From assembly GCA_965649765.1 (NCBI GenBank), contig OZ287757.1, forward strand, positions 52,080,001 to 52,144,000: DNA of 64,000 bases, read 5' to 3'. Of the stretch, positions 14,076-27,849 are shown piece by piece. Positions within the stretch are counted from its first letter, which is position 1; every line of letters starts with the position of its first letter. The position numbers were made by a program, and so were the translations under genes. Under the pieces are notes generated by a model. It was given only the letters and a program-made list of their open reading frames with translations. It was not told where the DNA came from and did no database searches. Source of the stretch: Bispira polyomma (Eukaryota).

Positions 14076-15644
14076 GGGTGGTAAGTAAAAGTGGTATATT
14101 TATGGATTTCATTCTACAAATAACAATAACCAAACTTTTCATAACTATCAAAAATTAGACAACCAGGCTTCAAACAAAAAGTGTCTGCCCTGGAGGCACA
14201 AGCCTGGGGTGCTTTCAAGATGTGTGTATAAAGTGTGTTGATTTCTAATGTTAATAATATGCTGAGTGCTAAGTGAATTCAATAAAACAAGAGGAAAATG
14301 GTTTAGCGGCCATATCATGATGCCACTACAAAGCAACTACAAAACTAGTCATCGATCAAATAGATTGCAGGCCGAAAATAGTGTACAAGCAGGAACTTCT
14401 ATCGCTCACAGATCTCGTTTTTCTATTAAAATTAAATATTAAACAAATAAAGGGTACTTGCTTCTATTTGGAGTTTTTTGCCTTTTGTAACCGTGGTAGT
14501 AGTATATAAAAAGAAATTATACCCTTGCAAACTTGATTTTATATAATCCTAACAATGAAGGTCGAAGCTTCACATATAATACATTATTTATGGCAAACGT
14601 CATAGATAGAATTTAATCCTTAGTAACTGAAATATGCACAAAAAAAGTTTATTTTTTGGAAACAGGGTTTACTTTGATGGGGCATCATATATAGAAAAAT
14701 AGGGGCTTGGTGTTTTGGGGGGAAAGATTAGAGGGTTAGAAAAACTCAATATGGCCAAAGTAAAGAGCATAATTAACAAGCAAGATAAGAGTGGCCCATA
14801 GGGCCACATGTAGATTGTCAGTCACTGAGTACTTGCTTAATACGATGAAGTTATTATGACATTAGACGACATATTCAAGTATTATTTCTTTTACCAACCA
14901 CATTTTTTTAAAGTAAAAAGTTTCTGTCGGCAAAATAATATATGGTCAATACTTATATTTTCAGCTCATTTCACGTTTTTACCAATACTAAAAAATCAAT
15001 CGTGGTTTTAAAATTAATTCGTACTTCAACAAAATAACATTTATAAAAATATACCCATGTCACTTCACAGTATCCATTCTGGGAATTTCTAAATGTGGGG
15101 GCACTCCCTACTATCACTGAAAAAGTAGGGCATTACAATTTAAATGGGAAATAAAAATCAGCAATTTAGCCAATATTTTAACATCAAATTAAAATTGCTT
15201 ATATTCCTAAAAAGGATATTGGAAGCAGACCACACCATATATGCCGTCTTATATATGCATCTGATGTGCAATACAAAAAAAGAAAACTTCCCTTTTATGG
15301 TTGCTAGGGTTTAAATAAATTATACACTGCTTTTATTTTGTCATGCTGGTTTTATGTGGCAACAACTCGCACACTCTCTAGGTGGCACTTGCAATTTGCT
15401 AGAAGAAAGCTAGTCGTTGATTGCTTGTCACAGGACAACTTCTCAATTTTAAATCAATGAAAATGTAGCAGACAAACTGACTGTAGTTTAATATTTTAGA
15501 AGCTGCGCAGAATGAGATATTTGGTTGTTTTGTTCACAAAATGACAGAATCTCTGATCAAAGATAATGTTATAAAATAAAGCTGATATAAGGTATTTTAT
15601 TGCTTTAATATGAATAATAATTATAATATAACAACAAGTTTTTA

Positions 15645-15815
15645 TTAATACGCATACTCCCTGAAAATTTCAGTGAATACACACATATTCCCTATTTTGG
15701 ACAGGAAATATGTATATTCCCTATAATTACCCGGGAATGTGTATTACCCGATAGTATTAGGTAATTCTTACACATATCCACTGAACTAAATTCAGTGAAT
15801 ATGTGTAAGGGATGA
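15645..15815. repeat. cluster of nested short palindromes (MITE-like)
   Basis: ctgaaaatttcag, catattccct...ggaaatatg, ttacccgggaa, cttacacatatccactgaa...ttcagtgaatatgtgtaag. Confidence 0.55.
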
Positions 15816-15987
15816 ATTTCATTTTTACAAAACATTAATGTTACACAATATGCACATATATGGTTCATGGATTCTTGTGATGAAATTAAGTAAAATCAGA
15901 TATAAGTATAATCAGATATAAGTGTAAGTGTTCAGTTTCACACACTCATCATATTTATGTTAAAAGGATCAACGTCACTTTTAAATC

Positions 15988-17195
15988 AAACTAGACCTAG
16001 TGCATTGGAGAACCGATGCATATTTGTATCCACCAGAAAGAAAAAGCACCCTCGGTAGCAAACACTCTAGCTAGCACCCAAACTAGAAGCCTACGATTTC
16101 CTATAGGGCATTTATGCTAAAGCCTTAAATGGCACAAGTGGGTTTGACATTGCAAACCTGTGGGACCAATAATAAGTCTGTGATAGGGACTTTAAAGTTT
16201 GGCCTACCCGTTTTACCTTGCACGAGGGATCCAATGTTAAATGTGACCAAAAGATTAGCAACCCATGTTTCCTGTAGATTGGTTTCACATCCCAAACCTC
16301 TACGTCTATTTCCTTAAATTGGTTTGACATTCCAAATCTCTAAGACCAATAATAAGCCTGTTATAAGCACTTTTAAATTTAGCTACCCTTATTTGACCTT
16401 TAAAGAGGGGCCCAAGGTCAAACCTGACTACATCAGAAGACTCCTAGCCCGTGATTACCTATAAGTTAGTTTCTCATTACCAACCTGTAGGACCAATAAT
16501 TAGCAAGTTATAAGCATTTTTAAGTTTGGATATCCTCTGTTTGACCTTGAAGAGGGGGGGGGGGGGGCAAGGTCAAACCTGACCACATCAGAAGACTCCG
16601 AGCCCATGATTTCCTATAGGTTGGTTTCACATCTCAAAAGTGTAGGACCAATAATGAACGAGTTATAAGCACTTTTAAGTATGGTTATCCTCGTTTGACT
16701 TTAAAGGAGGGGCCCAAGGTCAAATCTGACTACATCAGAAGAGTCCCAGCCCATGATTACCTATAAGTTAGTTTCACAATGCAAACCTGTAGGACCAATA
16801 ATAAGCGAGTTATACGCACTTTAAAATTTGGATAACTTGTTTGACCGTGAATGAGGGGTTCAAGGTCAAACCTGACCAAATCTGAAGATTTCCAGCCCAT
16901 GATTTCCTATAGGTAGGCTTCACATGCCAAACCTCTAGGACCAATAATAAGGGAGATATAGAAACTTTTAAAGTCTGCTATGAAGGGGTACTTTGGCACT
17001 CTGTGGATGGCCTTGAATGAAGAGCTGTATGTAGGTCAAATATCTGTATGCTTGTAGAGGACATATATATCTATTATACATATTACCTGTGAAAAGATTT
17101 AACCTTCTAGTTATGAGAACCAGCCAGTAGAAAAAGGTGGATAATTTTCAAAGAAATACCCATGGCGGCCATCTTGTTTTTCAGAATGTAGCTAA
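15988..17195. repeat. non-autonomous element with about six ~147-bp core tandem repeats (HINE/pearl-like)
   Basis: gaccaataat recurs at 16164, 16344, 16491, 16646, 16793 and 16939; units carry ttgacctt...aaggtcaa; starts aaactaga and ends near catggcggccatcttg. Confidence 0.75.
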
Positions 17196-17202
17196 TTTGA
17201 AC

Positions 17203-17283
17203 ACTTAGGCTTAAATCAGTATACTTTTGTGCTAGATTTAAGTCTAAGACTTGGCTAAGTCCCTTCGTGAATACGGGCTCTGA
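17203..17283. mobile_element. Harbinger-like MITE end (same family as 41886-41990)
   Basis: Shared aaatcagtatacttttgtgcta.atttaag and terminal gtgaatacgggc.ctg. Confidence 0.55.
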
Positions 17284-18464
17284 TTTATGTGTACAATATT
17301 CTTAAGAGGGATTACACATATAGTGTATTAATATTCTAATTAATATTTTTTAATGATTTCATTTACAACTCTCATTGGCTGTACAGACAAAAATAGAATG
17401 GACAAAAATAAAATGGACAAAAACAGACAAAAGGTATTTGGAAAAAGTATTTGCACAAAAAGTATCACTACTAGGACAAAAAGTATTTTTATGGGATGAG
17501 TGTATCTTTTCATTGATACTCAGTAACTTTTAGAACGTGAGCATATAGTTAAGTGCAAATACACATTCCTAAATATGCTTTAAAAAATTTAAAATAAAGC
17601 CATTAAAGGAGATTACAAAAGAAAAGGACAAAGGAAGTCACTACTATGCATCTTTTCAAAATAAAACTCATGTATTATGGTTATGTATAAAATTTCAACA
17701 AAATATAATCCAAAAAATGTATGTGCATTGAAACTGTTTGACACTGTTATTGATGTTACCCTGTGACCACTATGATACTGTTAAGATCTATTTATTGTCA
17801 TTATATTGATGTTATTAATTTATATACTTTAATGGCTATCCATTTGTGCACATAAACTCAGCACTGGATGGTTTATTTTGACAGACAAAAATTGCAATAT
17901 TGAAAGCTGATATTTAACTCACAGCTTACAAAATTGTAACTTAAGAGCTTTAAGATACTTTATACTGAGCTATATGACATAGGATATATATAAGTATCCT
18001 GAATACCACACTATGTTGTAGTAGAAATGAAACTTCTCTATAAGTTACAACGCATGTTTTTTCTAAAGAAAAAAACACTGTATAAAAGAAGAACCACTTT
18101 GAACAATTCAAAGACACACACACTGGTATACACAGAGTAAAGTATTGAATTGAAAAAGAGGGAAAGAGATATAAAAAAAAAGATATAAAAAACCTACTAT
18201 TTCCCCCATTAATTACAAAGCTAAATGAGCTAACCACACATATAGCCAAATATTCACACATACACACAAGATAACTTTATACTGATTTTTGTATCCAGTG
18301 GTATTTTGTGTTCTGTTGGATGTATTTGTCTTTATCATCTGATAAGATAACAAGCACAGGCAGGACTATTGATTTTCAATTGTGGCTTGTTTTATAAGGG
18401 GCAGGGAGGAGAGGGGGGCAGTTACTTGTATAGCAGAAAAAGAGCCCCCCCCCCATGACCTTGT

Positions 18465-19150
18465 TTATGACCTGTGTACTTTGGACTTATATTTTGGAAC
18501 AAGAAGGAATCTATTTTTGGAAGCGGTTCTCCTGGTATTGACAATGCACTTGTAGTAACTCAAGTGTGGTTCAAAGTATTTCGGCAAACCTGAATCGAGA
18601 AACTTATATACTATTGTAGCAGTTTTAAAAACACACTGATACCTAACAGGGAGCCAGTGGAGTGACTTTAGAATCGGTGAAGCATTTGAAAGCTGAGCAG
18701 AACAACTGACCAGACGTGCCAATGAGTTTTGGATGCATTGCAATTTCTTTGGGTCCTTTTTGGTCAAGCTGCGATACAGTGAATTGCAGTAGTCCAGTCT
18801 GCTACCAACCAGAGCATTTGCTGCAGTTATTGCAACCGATTTTGGAAGGTACCTCCTGATTCTCCTAAGGTCTCTGAGACCCATGAAGCATGACTTACAC
18901 ACTGATTGGATATGACTGGAAAATGAAAAATCACTGTCAAACAAAACTCCCAGGTTCCTCACTTTATCAGTTGGGGATAACAGTGTCCCAAGAATGTTTG
19001 CAGGAAAAGAATTTGATAGTTCAGCACGTTGAGTGCCCAACCCAAACAATATAAATTCTGTTTTTGCAGGATTCAGCTTGAGCTTATTTAGCTCCATCTA
19101 ATTTTGAACATCTGCTAAGCATTTCTGAAGGACTTCCAGGGCACCGATTG
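18465..19150 (-). mobile_element. L2-like LINE ORF2 fragment (C-terminal part)
   Basis: NKLKLNPAKTEFILFG, VRNLGVLFDSDFSF, ALVGSRLDYCNSL, LHWLPV motifs. Confidence 0.9.
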
Positions 19151-19578
19151 TAATTTACTGGGCATATTTTTTCAGCATTATATATAAAATAATAAACCAA
19201 CGTTACATAGACCCGTATAGCAATCCACAACCTTTAATTGTAAATCATTTAAAAATGAAAACCTTTATAAATAGTGAATGTACAGCAGGAAAAATTTTAA
19301 TATCAATAAAAAATAAGCAATTACAATCCAAAGTTCAAATGTAATAGCAATAATAAATATTTAACCAAAGCATTGCAAAGAACAATTGGAAATCCAAAAA
19401 AAATATACAAAAAAATACATTTACTATATGTACAAATGCAACATTGTACAAAGCATAAATTTATTACATATAAGGTTACCTTGCCTTGTAAAATATAATA
19501 GGACCCACGAGAAATATCTATGTCATGCTTCATAATTAGATTTTATCTGCCAACATAACTTCTGAAAAATAAATGAGA

Positions 19579-19621
19579 ACAAACAGTAGCCCATGCACAA
19601 TGTGCGTGGGCTACTGTTTGT
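19579..19621. repeat. 43-bp near-perfect palindrome
   Basis: acaaacagtagcccatgcaca-a-tgtgcgtgggctactgtttgt: 21-bp arms with one mismatch. Confidence 0.9.
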
Positions 19622-21027
19622 AAATGCTGAACGTGAATTTAAAGTGATTACAGTAAATATTTGGCGCAAAAAATGGTCATTCATACATGTGGTCACTTTT
19701 TGGTATTAACAAGTGAAAAAATGAAACACCGAATAAGGTATGAGCTTCACAATGTGATCAGCCCAACATTTAAAATTTTAAAATTCATCACCTAAGCACA
19801 TCATTGACATTCAGCATTTCAACATGTACAGTTCATACATGGACCAAAACCCGCATCACCATTGGAAATGGAAAGAAAATACAGTAATCTGCAAAGGGTA
19901 AGAGAAATTATAACATTATTAATAAAACACATATACTTTTAAAATTGTATTCATCCATGTTACATATAATAATGTTACATATAATGTAGACATTGCAGTA
20001 AATTTTCAGAAACACCTACAAATTAATACACCAGACTATATGGATGCGTGTATTTTTTTTTAAAATAAAAAAACAAACAAATTATACCAATGATTTAACA
20101 TAAAGCACCATTCAATAATTTCATTGAAAGATTGACCCCAAATCAGAATTGTGTCATTTCATAGCTAATGTGAATAATCAGTAGGAAAGGCAAAATGGCA
20201 TACCTTAATGCAGTATTCATTGTGCAATTGTTGTGAGCACTATTTAAAGATAAACACAACCAACATATCCACAGAAACGTTTCATTGTAATGTCCACATT
20301 CATTCCTAAATTACAGTAGCATTAATAACGCAAACTGTGCTGTAGGGACACAGTAACAGTATGCCTTTTTCAATGTGATATTGCACTAAGCAAAACATTG
20401 CTGTTGTAATTATTCCAAATGTCACATGCTTGTATTTTGTCATCAATCATTGTAGATGAATTTACTGGATTTGGGATAAATGCCTGGAATATGACCACTG
20501 AATATTATGTGCATGGAACTCGTTGACCAACCATTGAAAAAGTAAGTCATTATATGCACGTTATGTTAATATAATTGTGCTCAACATGTTCATGTTGCTG
20601 TGTTGCATTTTATAAAAGTCAAACCTTAAGAGTTACCACCTTTAGTATGGAATACCCTGTCAAATTATATGAACTTGAATTAGTACATTTAAAACAAAAA
20701 TAACAGAAACTCACAGCTTCTTCTACAACAAATATAAACATATTATATGTATATTGAGCAATCATCCTTTACAGCCCATGTAATGTAAAAACATTTAATT
20801 AGTTTCACACTGTAGCCTGTAAGTAATACTTATTAATGAGAGTAGAAATAGACATGCACGTCATGATGAAGTCATGTTAAGGAGCATGTGTTTGTGAATG
20901 TACAATTAATATGAATGAAATTAATAACCTGTATTAATTCAAGCAATAACGGACAAATAGGGATTCATCAATTTGTATTTTGCCTTGCAATTTCAATGGC
21001 TTGTCAATGACATTAAGCCAGACATAT

Positions 21028-21500
21028 TCACACATGATTTCTCGAATATAAGCCGCCCACTGGACGGAGGTGTTTTTGTAGTTGAACCCTGTGGTTAAAA
21101 GCACATTGGAAGAGTGAAGACTTCTCTAGATACGACCTAACAAATTGCATTAAATCTTGAATCGTGAACTTAGACATTGAAAAGAATGATCTCGTTCTCA
21201 TTGAGGATTCATGATCTCTGTTTTTGTTGCATCGTAAAGAATAACCATCAATTGTTTTCATGCACTGTTTTCGGAACATTCCTCATCACAGTCTTCGCGT
21301 TTACATTTTGTGCTTGTTGGTAATAACTTTTGTGCACAACACCAATCGATAACAACGTCATTGGACTGCAGCATTAGCCCATAGAAAGTCCAGGGATTTA
21401 TCATTTCGACCATTGAAATTTCATTCACGTCTTTGATCCGTTCACGGAATGTCCCAAGGTAAACGTCGGACACGATTGGCCTTATATTGTTCACTACAAA
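21028..21500 (-). mobile_element. Merlin/ISXO2-like transposase N-terminal fragment (frameshifted)
   Basis: Two overlapping ORFs give W....LLPTSTKC...C......DGYSLRC......SMRTRSFFSMSKF, the zinc-ribbon plus S.R..S.F..SK pattern of IS1595/Merlin transposases; no DDE core follows. Confidence 0.65.
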
Positions 21501-23830
21501 TGTATAAATAATTTAGGTATGCATGTTATACCCCGGTTCCGATGTCACTGTCAATTTTATAGTCAAATTGCAATTATAAAACATAATCACAAACAGTACG
21601 CCACACACTGTAAAATGTTTACATATCCCCAGTTGTTCCTGTTCTCTTCGTTTACAAAATCATACTGACAAACCCTTTTTACATTAACTTTGGAAACTTT
21701 ATATATGCGAACAGGCACATTTATAGATGTAGCCATTTTTTGTCCAAAAGATCTTTCTAATTTGCAATGGCCAATTTTTAGCCTCTCCGATAATGTCTTG
21801 TATTTCTGTCCAAATAGTAAATATGTACCTGTTCTTTGATATGTGCCTGTGTTCCAAGTACGCTTCAGCCATTTTCTTTTTCTTTCTTCTCTACTTGTAT
21901 GTGACATTTATGCACAATATAATAAGTGATACAGGTAGTACCAAAACCTTGCTTTTTATGTAGCACAAGTTTTTTGTGGTCCATAAAACGCAATGATTTC
22001 CTCAAGGGCTAGAGCAAATTCTAGTCTTTTGTCTGTCTTTTACCTCTCTTTTTTTAATTTCTTTTCTAAATTTTTAGTTCAGACCTATCTGCACAAATTA
22101 TACCCTTATCTTTCTCAATAAAACTGGCAATGGATTTTTGACCTAATACTACACTATGTTAACTATTTACTAGTAGTTGTAATTATGAAGTCCCAATGTT
22201 TGTAAGTGTTACAACGAAATTATTTATGATATATTTATTTCGTTGCATTTGGAAGTTACAATTAAAAAATAAGTTTTCAGTTTTCGATCACCATTTGGAC
22301 TGCACAGTTTACACTATTTGGTTTTTAGATTGATCAAGTGTATCAATACCCCACTTAATTGATTTCGAACTAACCTTGAGTGTATATAGGGCATTCTGTT
22401 CCATATGTAAATATGACCACATTTCTTATGTAGTGCATTACATAAATGTTAAGGTTATGGGGATAATTTTTTATTTAAGAGTGCATATTCAAATGACATG
22501 ATGCTTTAATTTCATTTCATTATTGACAAAAATTTCAGACAATTTTTTGGTTGAAACTATGTTTTTTTGTTTTTGTTTTGTAATATTTTGAAGTATGAAA
22601 TAAATTTGAATTTGTAATAAAGTTATATAAATATAAGTTTGGTCTGAAATAAAGTACCTGTGCAATTGTCGCGTTTTCTCTAATAAATGTTTCTGTCCTT
22701 CATACTTGATGACATCACTTGACAATACATTGAAATGCTTTTGGTTACCTTGATTAGTATGTGTGAAATGCATTTCAATAATGTCTGTTGCCACACATTT
22801 GCTACAAATGTTTTCATTTGTGGGGTTTTCAATTTCTTCAAAGTCATATCATTGAGAATTTTATATGGCAATAACGTCCTCATACACATGCCAAATTACG
22901 TTTTTGGTAATTCATATTCAAATGTGTTTTAATTGGTAAACATATCTTAACTTCATATTGCTATCCCTACTTCATTAACTTGGTAATTTTCTTAATTACA
23001 TTTCCTTATGCATAAACCATTTCCTCATTTGTATTTCATTTGCAAGTGCAATTAATAATTCTTTCAACCATGAAGCCATCAATATTTCAATTGTGATATG
23101 ACATCTTCCTTTTCAATCTTGGTTGTTTACAGTGAAGGTGACATTTCACCAACTATTACATTTGTCCCTAATTGCATTGTTTATTGAACTATTGAAATTT
23201 TCCATTGATGATATAATGCACTCATACACGCTTCTTCATAAATGTTTCAGTCACTGAAATATTTATATGATTTTATTTTTTTCTTTATTTTGATGTTACT
23301 TTAGTAAATTCATAAAATTCAAAATTATTTAAAGATATTTTAATCAAACTTTGGTTAATTCCTTTGGATAATTGTTTCTTTCTTGAATTACATCTTTATT
23401 ATTACCTGTAAATATAATGCACTCGTTCTCTTTTACTTTGGAATTACATTTTCATCATTACGTTTAAATATAATGCACTCGTTCTGTATAATTTTGATCA
23501 ATCAATCGCCATTGGCAGTAAGTGTATTGATTGTTACTATTTATAATTGGTTAGTGTTACATGAACTTGGTGTTAATTGGCTCATTTTGTCTGTAACCAT
23601 GACATATACGGAGAAGCGTCTATGTTTGTTGTTACACATGTTTTAGGAGGTAATGACGTAATGTAGGGGGTTATTTTGATTTTAATTATTGAATTACGAA
23701 TTCCATGTGGGTTATTACATATTGAATATGGTATATTGAAAATTGGGGGATTTATTATAGAAAATTTTAATTTTAAATAGTTGCTTCAGTTTTTTTTTGT
23801 AATTATATGCAGTACGTTAAAAACACAATA

Positions 23831-24033
23831 TTTGCAATACTTCCCGAGGATTATTTGAAGATTATATATAGTACCTTAATACCCCCGGGGACTATTATAA
23901 CAAATTGTGATTTGCAATACTTCCTGGGGATTATTTGAAGATTATATATAGTACCTTAATAACCCCTGGGGACTATTATAACAAATTGTGATTTGCAATA
24001 GTCCCCGGGGATTATTTCAAGATTATATATAGT
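23831..24033. repeat. 2.5 copies of an 80/81-bp tandem repeat with CCCCGGGG palindromes
   Basis: tttgcaata starts at 23831, 23911 and 23992. Confidence 0.9.
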
Positions 24034-24846
24034 GCAACAAAAAACCCCTAGAATAAAAAACCAAAAATGAAATATGTAGAGAATGCCAAATTGTTGATTT
24101 GAAATCCAAAGGTGGAAATCGTTCTGCTAACCTCTTAGAGTGTGTGTTCGGATATCATTGGTGTAGGGGTGCAGCAGCACCAGCAACAGATGTAGTGTAT
24201 CAGCAGCTAGGCAAGCACTAGACGGGCAGAGGTATGGTACTCTTCACCCAGACCAGTCCGTACAGCCTCCTAAGTCCCAGCAGCACTGGTAGCTGTTCAA
24301 CAGCCTCACAAAGAAAAACCAACCAAGGTTTTCCCTCCCCAACTGACAGAAGCCCCTCTAGCGGATCTCCCGAGTGCCGGGTCATGGTTGGCTTCACCAG
24401 CTATCCTCAACTCCTTATACCAGAGGATTTGCAATAAAGTAGTATTAGCGTCCTGTAGCGTCAGGACTGCCTGTGTCAGCTGGCCTAGCTGCTGAGCCAT
24501 TACATCTGTGGCTGGCCGCTGCTACGCCCCTACACTTATGACATCCAAACACACACTGCGGAGGTTAGTTTCGACTGTACCAGGTGCTTTCACAACACTG
24601 CGAGTACTAGGTCTCCTGACAGGAAATGTGAGCTTACTCGTCAGATTAACTGTCGGCTGCTTGCTGACATCTGGCAGGAACAAACTGTTGATAGTCTTGG
24701 CTTTAGCATTCTTCGGTTTCTCCACTGAAATAAACGCTGCTTGGTCAGGAAGAACTGCAACTCTGTCAGAGCTGCAAGCCACAATCCCACCTGCACTGAC
24801 TGGGCCTTCACTAGCCTTTTTATATAGTCTAATATTAACACTGTCA

Positions 24847-25200
24847 ATAGAGAATTTTAATTAGTAAATTAAATTTTTGTTAACTAATATACTTACCCAG
24901 CAGACATTAGCTATACGTAGGCATATGCGGGTGCACACGAAAGACAGAAAACAGTGTCCCAGGCAAAGCCCCAGCCAGACCAGAACTGGTTCCCCAATCA
25001 CCTGCCAGGAGATGGTGGCGCTTTGGTCCATTTTTTTAATATAATAATTTGCCGCAGTATATTGTAATGGTGGGGTAGGCAGGGTGGGACTCCCCTGTCT
25101 GCCGGGTAAGCATATTAGTTAATATAAATTTTATTTACTAATTAAAATTTTCTATTATATTACACTAATATGTACTTACCCGGTAGACATTAGTGAAATG
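24847..25200 (-). mobile_element. DIRS1-like terminal structure (ITR plus internal complementary region)
   Basis: 60-bp inverted repeat 24847-24906 / 25096-25155 (54/60 identical) plus a third partial copy at 25164-25193, with tacttacc/ggtaag cores. Confidence 0.55.
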
Positions 25201-26499
25201 AACTACCCAATGGTTGGAGGCTGTTAGACATAGTTAGGTGAAAAGGTCTTAAAATAGCACAGATTTGGTGCTCATGTTGTTTCTAAAGGTTCATGTCTAG
25301 GTCACCGGGTAAACCGGTCAGGCCAACACTCCCCCCTCCCCCCTCCCATTGTTTTTTCTCACCACTATGGGAGTAAGAGGGGACAACCATAATCAACACA
25401 CGTCTAACCACAGGGAGAAAGCGTGATCAAATCATTAAAGCATTTGCAAAATATTAGGAACCAAAAGAATGAACAAAGAGCAATTATCAAAACATCTCAA
25501 ACAATTACAATAATATAATGCATGGTAAAGTGGAAATTCAATATTATGCCTGCTTCTGTGTATATGTGTGTACTTGTGTATATTTTATGGTTTTTTCTTT
25601 ATCTGTGTTTGCTTGTGTTTGAGATTCATATACCCAAAACTGCATCGTCCTGCATTCATGCCATGTCAAATATAGTAGTTCTTGTTTACTATAGAGCAAC
25701 GTGTAGAGTCCATGGAAAGCCAGTTTGAGTCTGAAGATGAAGAAAACCTTTTGACACAGATCAAGAGAATTGACATGAGGTTATCAGAACACATAGAGAT
25801 ATGTAGAAGTAGGTGTTGTTTTGTATACCTATAGAACCTCTTCTTTTTATGTCTTGTAATTAATCTATTACAATTATTAACATTCAAAAAATCAACCGAT
25901 ACCCGAGAGATGACCATGGAGAGAATACATCAGTAGAAAAGTTGTGCAGGCTTCGTTTTTCAGACAATATTTTAGTTTATTTATTTGAGGTTGTGTTTTA
26001 AAAATCCATAATAAAATACAATATGTTCCACAGGATTTTGGCTGGGAATTCTAAAATGGTCAAATTGTCAGCTACTGCAGTAGAAGTCTTGACTATATCA
26101 ATACTACTTCAGAACTGATCATGTTTCTTTATGTGTTTCAGAAACTTCTTTTAATGTTCACTTTTTTTCTGGCTATTTTTTTCATGAACTTGCAGTTGGC
26201 CCACAATCACTTCAAGTATATGTAAGTGGCCTTATAGGTCAAGATAAGTGGTAGTGACTTTAAAATGTCACATATACTTCTAAGTTGTGTGATGATGACC
26301 TTACGGGTGAAGTGGAGTGGTTGTGACCATGAGAGCTAATGAAATCGGATGCAGTTTGGGATAAATAATATAACCCACTTGTGGTTATATTGTTGATATC
26401 AAAGTTTCTCACACCTCATAAGCTGTGGTTTTGTCACTCAAAATGTTCCCCAATCCTAATTTATTAAACACCAAAAATCATATTCATTATATTTTCAAG

Positions 26500-26571
26500 G
26501 TCCAGTTGAAGAAGAGCGCATACAAGGAGCAAAGGGTGATGTCGATGTTCCAGGAGATCCAGGGTCTCGAG
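26500..26571 (+). pseudogene. decayed collagen Gly-X-Y exon (72 bp, phase 1-1)
   Basis: ttttcaag|GT...G|gtagac; reads GPV EEE RIQ GAK GDV DVP GDP GSR G. The three non-Gly first positions (GAA, CGC, GAT) are each one base from a Gly codon; length is 8 x 9 nt. Confidence 0.65.
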
Positions 26572-27849
26572 GTAGACCATGATTTATTTTTAGCGTACAC
26601 ACTATATTGGGGGTATTGTTTTCATCTGAAACACCATGGTCTGATTTCAGTCAATTAATGTGCTGTTTTGGCATGTATGATATGCTATTTGTAGTATTCT
26701 TTTCAACACATTCGACCAACAGGTGATTGGGGTTCTGCACACCAAGTTACATTGTATGTGCATGAGCACAAAAAAGTACACCGGGTCTGCTTCATGTTTG
26801 ACAGTATTCCTTCGATGCATCTCCATCAGTAACTAGTCACTTCTAGTTATGATGGCTATATGATTATATTAGGGATCATTGATTTTTGGTTTAGTTTATG
26901 CCTTAGAAATCTGCAAGCATGGCCTAAAATCACATTACAGCGACAATATGTGACAGAGGCTCTGATCTACCACATGTGCAAAACACCGTGTAGCAAATCT
27001 AAATGACTAGACGTTGTAGGGATTACAATATATCCTTTTTTAATATTCTCATGTGTTCTCAACATGTGTACAAATAGTTTAGTAGTTACAGAAATGGGCA
27101 AGCCTTTAGTGTAAATTTTACATAGCATTGGAGACAGAAATTTTTGAAGACATGTCAAACATGTCATACGTTTTCTTAAAATGAAGGCAATGTTTCTGGG
27201 GAGATTGCTAAAATGGCTTTAAACATAGTACATTTTCGTGCTACTGGAAATGACAAAATTTGTGAGAACTGATTAAAATTGAGTAAGTTTTTTTACTGGC
27301 ATACACAATACATACGCTCCCCTACACATATAAGGTTCACACAATTTTTGAGTGTATTCGAAATGGAAGACCAGTGTGACCACGGCATAAGGTTTGAATA
27401 TCTAGCAGCAATGTGCACCTTGCTACCAAGCCTGTCATGGTAAAGTATCTGCCTCCGTGTAAAGAAGCAGAACAATCTCAATTTCATCAAATGTGCACCA
27501 TAGATATATATGCAATAATAATAACCATATGTTGTTCGTACCACAAACATTGCTTGGGTGTGTGTGTGTGTGTGTGGGGGGGGGGGGGGGCAAAGCTGTA
27601 AACAAACTGTAAATTATGAAATTGGCTCTGATGAAGTTCTGTCAATATTTCGTTCTGTAATATTGCAACCTTGTCCAACACATAAACTTCCCTACCCATA
27701 TTCATGGGCATACACTAGGGTGCCTGCTAACTCCTACTGATTTCAATGGTATCAGAAATATAAAAAATGTTGCATCAATGATCATATCATAATCATCAAT
27801 GATTATTTCTCAATATCCTGCGAACTCGATGCTCCCTCCCCACAATATT

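Noticed and set aside
16100-16960. CRISPR-like array (also considered for 23831-24033 and 44020-44500)
   Set aside because: Contiguous tandem units without unique spacers, no cas genes, eukaryotic context.
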